Notes under the pieces: generated by a model
What the model was told of the DNA's origin: nothing
The model's input: the letters and a program-made list of their open reading frames with translations, nothing else
Databases searched by the model: none
Assembly (NCBI RefSeq): GCF_009914755.1
Contig: NC_060936.1
Direction: 5' to 3' (one strand)
From: the human T2T-CHM13v2.0 reference genome, Homo sapiens
DNA: 64,000 nt
Position numbers and translations under genes: made by a program
Part shown: positions 56,529 through 64,000 of the stretch, in pieces
How the letters are laid out: every line of letters starts with the position of its first letter
Position numbering within the stretch: the stretch's first letter is position 1

Positions 56529-57738
56529 CTAGGAGATGGGAGAAGAGAGCGGTGGACAGTGAGCCCTCCCTAACCAGGCTCACCTTGCTCCACTAGCATG
56601 CCCAGGGAGGACCTCAGTGGACGGGCATGGTTCTCTGCTCCCCTAGAGGCAGGAGGATGAGCGCAATGACTTCAGACCACTCCCTCAATAGGGGATGCAA
56701 TCATGGAGGCTGGGAGGAGGGGGAGGGCAGAGTAGCCCTTGAAGACCTCTCTCCAACCAGAGAAATCTGCAGACAGTATGCAGGCAGCCAGCAGGGGCAG
56801 CCACACCCTATGGGGTCCCATCCAGGCAATGTCCAGCATTTAATCATGCTCAGGGAGCCAGGACACAGCCCCGCCACCCCACCCCAGCACCATAGGGACC
56901 CCATCATGCCACAGCCAGGTTCTACGTTCTGACAGGTTGCTTCAATGGGACTGGGATCCAACTAGGTTATGACCTGAGCCCCACATTATGGTATGGACTC
57001 AACCACAACTTTTCTGCTACAAATCTTCCTGTGATTCTGTTTCACTCCAAGTCAAAGCTAAAATTCTTCCCAAGGCCTATGAGGCCCCACAGGATCTGGC
57101 CCCCTCACCTCTCTGGCCTTGCCTCTTTGCCTCCCCACTGCCCCCAGTTCACTCTTCTTCACGGGTGTCCTCAGTGCTGCTCTGTGTCCTACCTCAGGGC
57201 CCTTGCACATGCTGTGCCCTGCCTGGCACACTCTTCCCCAGGATCCTCAAGGCTCTCTAACTTTTCCCTTTCAGATCTCTGTTCTTTCCTCCTTTTTTTT
57301 TTCCTTCTTAGCACTTACAGCTCTCTAACATACCACATAACTTGCTTATTTATCTTGCTAATGGCCTGTGGTCCCCAACAAAATAAAAGCTCTGTGAGAT
57401 CAGATTTTCTCTGTCTTGTTCACTGCTGCATCCCCAGCACCTAGAACTGTGCCTGTTATTTAGTAAGCGCTTAATAGATGTTTGTCAATGGCATGCACAC
57501 CATGCCACGATCCTGCCCACAGCCATATCCCCACACTGGCTGGGGATGGGCCTGGAGGACAGCACCTGAGCTCTGTTCATCTCTGGGGCCTAGCACAGTA
57601 AGTATCAGGAAATGTTAGTTGACTGACCCACAGATTCACATTCTTAGTGCTGAGGAGCTGGAGGGGGAAAGGGGAAGTCCCTGAGTGGTGTCTCAACTGG
57701 GCTGAGAAGCTAGATGTGGCCGGACCACAGGAACTCAC

Positions 57739-57883
57739 CTTCATCCCCATCCACATCCACCAGCCGGTCCAGGAAGTCTCTCACACGTGAGACACACTGC
57801 AGCAGGAAGGGGTGCAGGGGGGCCATCCACAGTTCCTTGCCTTGGCCCAGCTGCTGGCCCAGGTTTCCAATGCTCTGCACAGC
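57739..57883 (-). CDS. RASAL1: RASAL1 exon (RasGAP end)
   Basis: AVQSIGNLG...DVDGDE G|gtgagt; 145 nt. Confidence 0.95.
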
Positions 57884-57957
57884 CTGGAGCAAAGAAGCGA
57901 GGGATGCCGGGGCCAAGGTCACAGCAGAGGGTAGGGCCCCTCCTGGCTCCCAAATCA

Positions 57958-58283
<326 letters not shown>

Positions 58284-58726
58284 AAGAAGACTCAACACCT
58301 TCCTTGGGTGATGTCTGTTTCCCCTTCCTCTTTTTGGAATCTGCACTCCCCACTAACCTTATTCTGTTCCCTCCCGAGCCCAGATCCTCCCCAAGAACTG
58401 CTCAGTCCTACCATGGTACTCTCATGCAGAATCTCAAGTTGTTGCCCTTTGCAAATGATGATCTAATTCATACTAAGGTGTGAATGCCTGCTAGCCTGTT
58501 TTCCACTTTCCTTCTGGAAGGGTTGGGTTTTCATTCCCAAAGGGGAAATTGGAGTGCATGATGACTGCCTTCACCCTTGGGATGGAATGCTAACGGTGGT
58601 GTTTCAGACTTGGGTTTCTTCGGGTGTTCTTTGGGTCTTCTGTGGGTCTGGCCTCCCAGCTCTGCTCCTACCATGCTTTTTTCCCTGGCTAAAGTACCTA
58701 GGATGGGGGAAACCCATGGCTGGCAC

Positions 58727-58867
58727 CTTGGCAAGCAACAGCAGTGAGCGGCTAGTCTGGGGGTCCGCGTGTTGGTCCCGAAGGTCAAACAGCTTTGGGG
58801 TAAGGATGGCAGGTGCGAAGAATCGCAAGAAGAGAAATCCACTGATGGCCAGGTACTTCACATCCTG
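58727..58867 (-). CDS. RASAL1: RASAL1 exon (RasGAP FLR motif); alternative start 58864
   Basis: (Q)[26 protein letters not shown]...LLLAK|gtgcca; CAG|CAG tandem acceptor. Confidence 0.95.
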
Positions 58868-59455
58868 CTGGGAGGAGCAGAAGGTAAGAGGAGCCCCCCA
58901 AACCCACTTCTCAGCTGCGTAAACTGAGGCAGCAAGGACTAGAAATTCGTGGTGCAAAGAGAAGTAGGATGGGGAATTGACCAGGAAGCCACACCGGCTG
59001 GCCGAGGAAGTTTTTCCTCTCTGGGCCTCAGTTTTCTCACCTGGAAAATGGAATAACAAAACCAATCCTACAAAAGCAGATTTGGCCAAATGTCCTCAGA
59101 GTTGGCTTTGTGCCAAGCACTATGCCAAGAGCACAGCCCTAAGAGGGAGGCACCATCATGAGTCCCATTTTACAGATGAGGAAGCAGAAGCTCAGAGACA
59201 TCAAGCGATTTGCCCAGGGTCACACAGCTAATGAGTGGCAAAGTCAGGATTCAAACCCAGACCTGTGATTTATGATAATAACAGCAGCAGGATGGATACC
59301 TCTCTATACATTCGCTTATTTAATACTCAACCCAGGAAGGATCACATCTCCATTTTACAGAGGAGGCAACTGAGGCCCAGCGAGGGAAAGTCCCTTGCCT
59401 AAGTCTGCACAGCCATAAGCGGCAGAGCCAGGAGTTGGACTTAGGCAGGATTTGA

Positions 59456-59819
<364 letters not shown>

Positions 59820-60404
59820 AAGGATTTGAACTCTCTGTTCTTCACCACACTCTCCTGCCATTCAACACCAGCTACCAAGGAGCCCTCACTAAGTATTAGA
59901 AACCAAGCCTGAACTATCACATTTAGTCCTCAAACAACTCCATGTGGGTAGGTAAGTGCTATTATCCCATTTTTTCAGATGAGGAAACTGAGGCTCAGTA
60001 GTGAACCCAGTCTGATGGGCTCCAGAGTCCATCCTGTGTGCACCTCCCCACCTCCAACCTCTGCCCTCTACAAACTGTAGAGTATGGTTCCCCTCCATGT
60101 GAATCCGGGGCCTGGCCCATCTAAAGGTAACGCTGGTTCCCCAGCACCAGCAGAGGTGACTCAGGGAAGGGTGCCCCTCCATCCTGGGTGCATCTTGCTC
60201 CCCCCAAACCAGCTCCCCACCCACCTCTCACACTTGCCAGGCTATATTTAGCCTGAGAGTCTGCGCCTGTGTTTATTCAGAGGTTGTAGTCACACATGAA
60301 ACAATGCCCTCCCCGGGGCGTGTGCCACCTTCCTGGGGCATCTTGGCCTTGGCAGTGACCCCTGTAGGAGCTGGGTACCTAGAACTGCCCAGAGGGAGCA
60401 TCTT

Positions 60405-60458
60405 CCCCTCCATCTGGAGCCCTGAACTGTCCCCCTCCATCTGGAGCCCTGAACTGTC
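60405..60458. repeat. Perfect 27-bp tandem duplication
   Basis: cccctccatctggagccctgaactgtc x2. Confidence 0.95.
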
Positions 60459-61276
60459 CCACCACTACCCCACTGCCATCTGTAGTCCAGGGTAATTTCA
60501 GTCTTCACATCAGCTCATTTGTTTCCTCCTTTTTGAAGGCAAAGAACCGGTGTCAGTGCAGCAGAGAAAGGGGCTTCCCTGGGTTCCCCGGGCCGGAGGA
60601 AGTCCCTGCTCCAGGGCCACCTTGGGGGCTGAGAACTAGAGGACACTTGGGTGTCACTGATATTGGCTCACCATACGAGGTCTAGGCTGTCTGGGGAGCT
60701 GGCCTCCTCCCTTTCTTCCCTGTTCCCTGCCACAGCTGTGCCCCACTTAACACCTCTGCTGGCAGCCCAGGTGAGAGCCCAGCAAGGTGAGGTGTAAGCC
60801 AAGCTACATCCCAGTCTCAAGGCCCAGAGCTTACTCCTCAGCTGGGGAGGAGGGGGAGGAGGGGAGAGACCCCAGCTGGGAGTCTAGAAAACCCTTGGCC
60901 AAGTGTTTTGCCTCTCTGGGCCTCAGTTTCCCCATCTGTAAACAGGAAGTGGAGAGAGATGTGGCATAAATCAAAAGCTCTCAAATGAGGCTGTAGGAAG
61001 TGGGTTACGACATTGCCAAAATGTAACAGGTCTTAGGTCTTTCTGCAAAGTGAATCCTGGTCTGATACATCAGCACCACGTAAGAGTTCATCTCACCTGA
61101 TGTTATCTGCAAGTGAGGACAATGACAGCCACCTCGGGAGGTGTGCTGAGCATTCAACCAGGGGGTCCCAAACTGGCCAGTCCAACCACAAATGTTTTGT
61201 AATGCATGTCCCAAAGTGTTCTTGTGTGTTTGGTTTTCAGGTGAATTCATGCTGACATTTTAAAAATAAGAGATCA

Positions 61277-61582
61277 GGCCGGGCGCGGTGGTTCACGCCT
61301 GTAGTCCCAGCACTTTGGGAGGCTGAGGCAAGGGGACTGCTTGAGGCTAGGAGTTCGAGACCCTCTGGGCAACACAGTGAGACCCTGTCTCTAGAAAAAT
61401 AAATAATTAGCTGGGTGTGGTGGTGCACCCCTCTAGTCCCAGCAACTCGGGAGGCTGAGGTGGGAAGATCACTCAAGCCTGGGATAGAGGCTGCAGTGAG
61501 CTATGATTGTGCCACTGCACTCCAGCCTGAGCAACAGAGCAAGACCCCGTCTCAAAAGTTAGTAATAAGTAAATAAATAAAT
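61277..61582 (+). mobile_element. Alu (J-like)
   Basis: Sense dimer. Confidence 0.9.
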
Positions 61583-62167
61583 AACCTCACATAAAATCCA
61601 GAATCTCTAAAGATCTGGCAGTACTGGGCTTCCATTCCTATATGGCAGTGATCCCCTGGAGCTGCCCCCTTTAGACAAGATCTGGGGGCTTCAGTTGGCC
61701 ACAGTCTTCATGACTCCCTACCACCCCACGCGCTGCTTGCTTTGTTCTTGCGCCTCGTCTGCCTGAAACTCACAGCATCTGAGTTTTCAACTTTTCTATC
61801 CATGTTGGTATAGCACTACACCTGCAGGGATTCATTTTTAGACTTTATTCTGGGTGTTTCTGAGCACTTACTGTATGCCAGATCTGCGTTCTTCTCTCTT
61901 ACTTCCTCTCTCTCTCTCTATTTTACATCTGGAATTTCAAGAAGCACTTACTTTGTGCCAGACTCTATTATTTGCTGGTTATGAGCACAGACTCAGGAGC
62001 CAGCCTGCCTGGGTGAGTGCCAGTCCCAATATCACTCCTTTCTACCTGTGTGACTTAAGCTCTCTGGGCCTCAGTTTCCTCCTCCGTAAAATGGGAATAA
62101 TCCTGGTATCCACCTCACAGGCTGCGTGTGATGGTTAGATAGGGTAATAAATACATAAATCACCTAA

Positions 62168-62632
<465 letters not shown>

Positions 62633-62724
62633 TAGGTTCTGGTCACAGTTCTGTCCTGACTCCTCCGAGTGACCCCGGACAAGCTCCGGCCTGTCCCCAG
62701 CCTCAGCCTCCCATCCTGGCGCAC

Positions 62725-62917
62725 CTGGTGCTCGGCCTGGGGGAAGCGCTCCTCCACTCGCCGGTGCAGCTGCTTGAAGGCGAGGCGCATGGCGGGCGGG
62801 CAGCGCCCCACGGAGCCCACGATGGCGTCCACGATGGGCCCCAGGTAGCCCGTCAGCAGCCCCAGGCTGGTCTCCCGCATCTGCTCCTCCGAGAGTGCGC
62901 CTTTGAAGGAGATCCTC
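62725..62917 (-). CDS. RASAL1: RASAL1 exon (RasGAP domain)
   Basis: cag|G RISFKGALSEEQMRETSLGLL...FPQAEHQ|gtgcgc; 193 nt; upstream exons lie beyond the window. Confidence 0.93.
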
Positions 62918-63312
62918 CTGGAGGGGCCGGCGGAGCAGCTCAGCCTCGGGGCACAACATCTGCCTGCTCCAAACCCTCCACCGGCCCCGCTGAGCTCCGA
63001 GAGGACTCATCTTCCCTCCACGTCCGCAGCCTCCTTCCTGCCCCTTCCCACCGGGTTTCTTGCTGTTGCTTAAACACGATGAGCTCATTCCCATCCTGCA
63101 GCCTTTGCACTGGCTTATCTCCGTGCCCAGAACACTCTCCCGTTAAATGTTAAATCTCCGCAACACTCCCTTCCTCACCCCCTGCAAGTCTTTGCTTAGA
63201 TGTCCCCTCCCCTGCGAGGCTGCCCCTGTCCTCACCCTCTGGAATATTGCAGGCCTCTCCCCTCCCTCGTTTATTCCATTCCCTGGTCCCATTCAATAAC
63301 CTTTTCCCAACC

Positions 63313-63623
63313 AGGCCCGGTGGCTCATGCCTGTAATCCCAGCACTCTGGGAGGCCGAGGGGGCAGGTCACTTGAGACCAGGAGTTCAAGACCAGCCTGG
63401 CCAACATGGTGAAACTCCATCTCCACCAAAAAATACAAAAATTAGCCCAGCGTGGTGGTGCACGCCTATAATCTCAGCTACTTGGGATGCTGAGGCAGGA
63501 GAATCGCTTCAATATGGGAAGTGGAGGTTGCAGTGAGTCGAGATCGCACCACTGCACTGCAGCCTGGGTGACACAGCGAGACTCCATCTCAAAAAATAAA
63601 TAAATAAATAAATAAATAAATAA
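63313..63623 (+). mobile_element. Alu (S-like)
   Basis: Sense dimer with (AAAT)n tail. Confidence 0.92.
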
Positions 63624-64000
63624 ACCTTCTTCCTCCAGTTGCTCATTATCTGTCTCCCCCCAGAATAGGGACTTGGGACTATTTGTTCCCTACTGTATCG
63701 TCAGTGTTCAGCCCAGAGCCTGGCACTCAATCATTGTTTTGTTTTGTGGATGCTAGAACAGCACTTTTCCATCTGCAATTATTGTGTTCCTTTCTTTCTT
63801 TACAGATTGAGGGTCTGTCTTGCCCACACCTAGAGTGACAGCTGGGGGTTCTCAGCCCCACTGTGTCCTGGACCCAACGTGCTGAGCCCTGGACTTGTCT
63901 CTGGCATGGTCTCTTTTAATCCTAACAGCAACTTGATGGGGTAAGTAGCCTTACTTGTTCCCGTTTAACAGATAAGAAAACTGAGGCTCAGAGAGGTTAC

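Overview
Primate (almost certainly human; from recall, chr12q24) genomic DNA, rich in Alu, MIR and L2 repeats. It holds the complete DTX1 (Deltex-1 E3 ligase) gene on the + strand and the last nine coding exons of RASAL1 on the - strand, converging tail-to-tail. DTX1 has a CpG-island promoter at ~7.2-8.4 kb, a non-coding exon 1, and nine coding exons that I spliced by hand into a 1863-nt, 620-aa ORF (WWE-WWE, Pro-rich, RING-H2, DTC). Its AATAAA is at 48648. The RASAL1 exons cover the RasGAP C-terminal part, PH and BTK domains. I see no foreign or new protein-coding system; most ORF-track entries are repeat or GC shadows. The best leads are regulatory and all are sequence-based hypotheses. (1) Several splice-level routes could give RING-less or NMD-targeted DTX1: exon 6 starts with a perfect donor (CAG|GTAAGA), intron 2 has a candidate recursive site/poison exon, exon 3 is bracketed by inverted Alus and as a circle would encode a 324-aa protein, and a stop codon is built into the exon 3 donor. 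(2) Intron 3 has two RBPJ-containing enhancer candidates, one with a paired-site geometry. (3) There is an RE1/REST-like site in intron 2 and a DR1 half-site array in intron 5. (4) A MER3-derived fold-back hairpin has a core that is duplicated in the 5'UTR. Repeat boundaries are approximate and subfamily calls are by eye.
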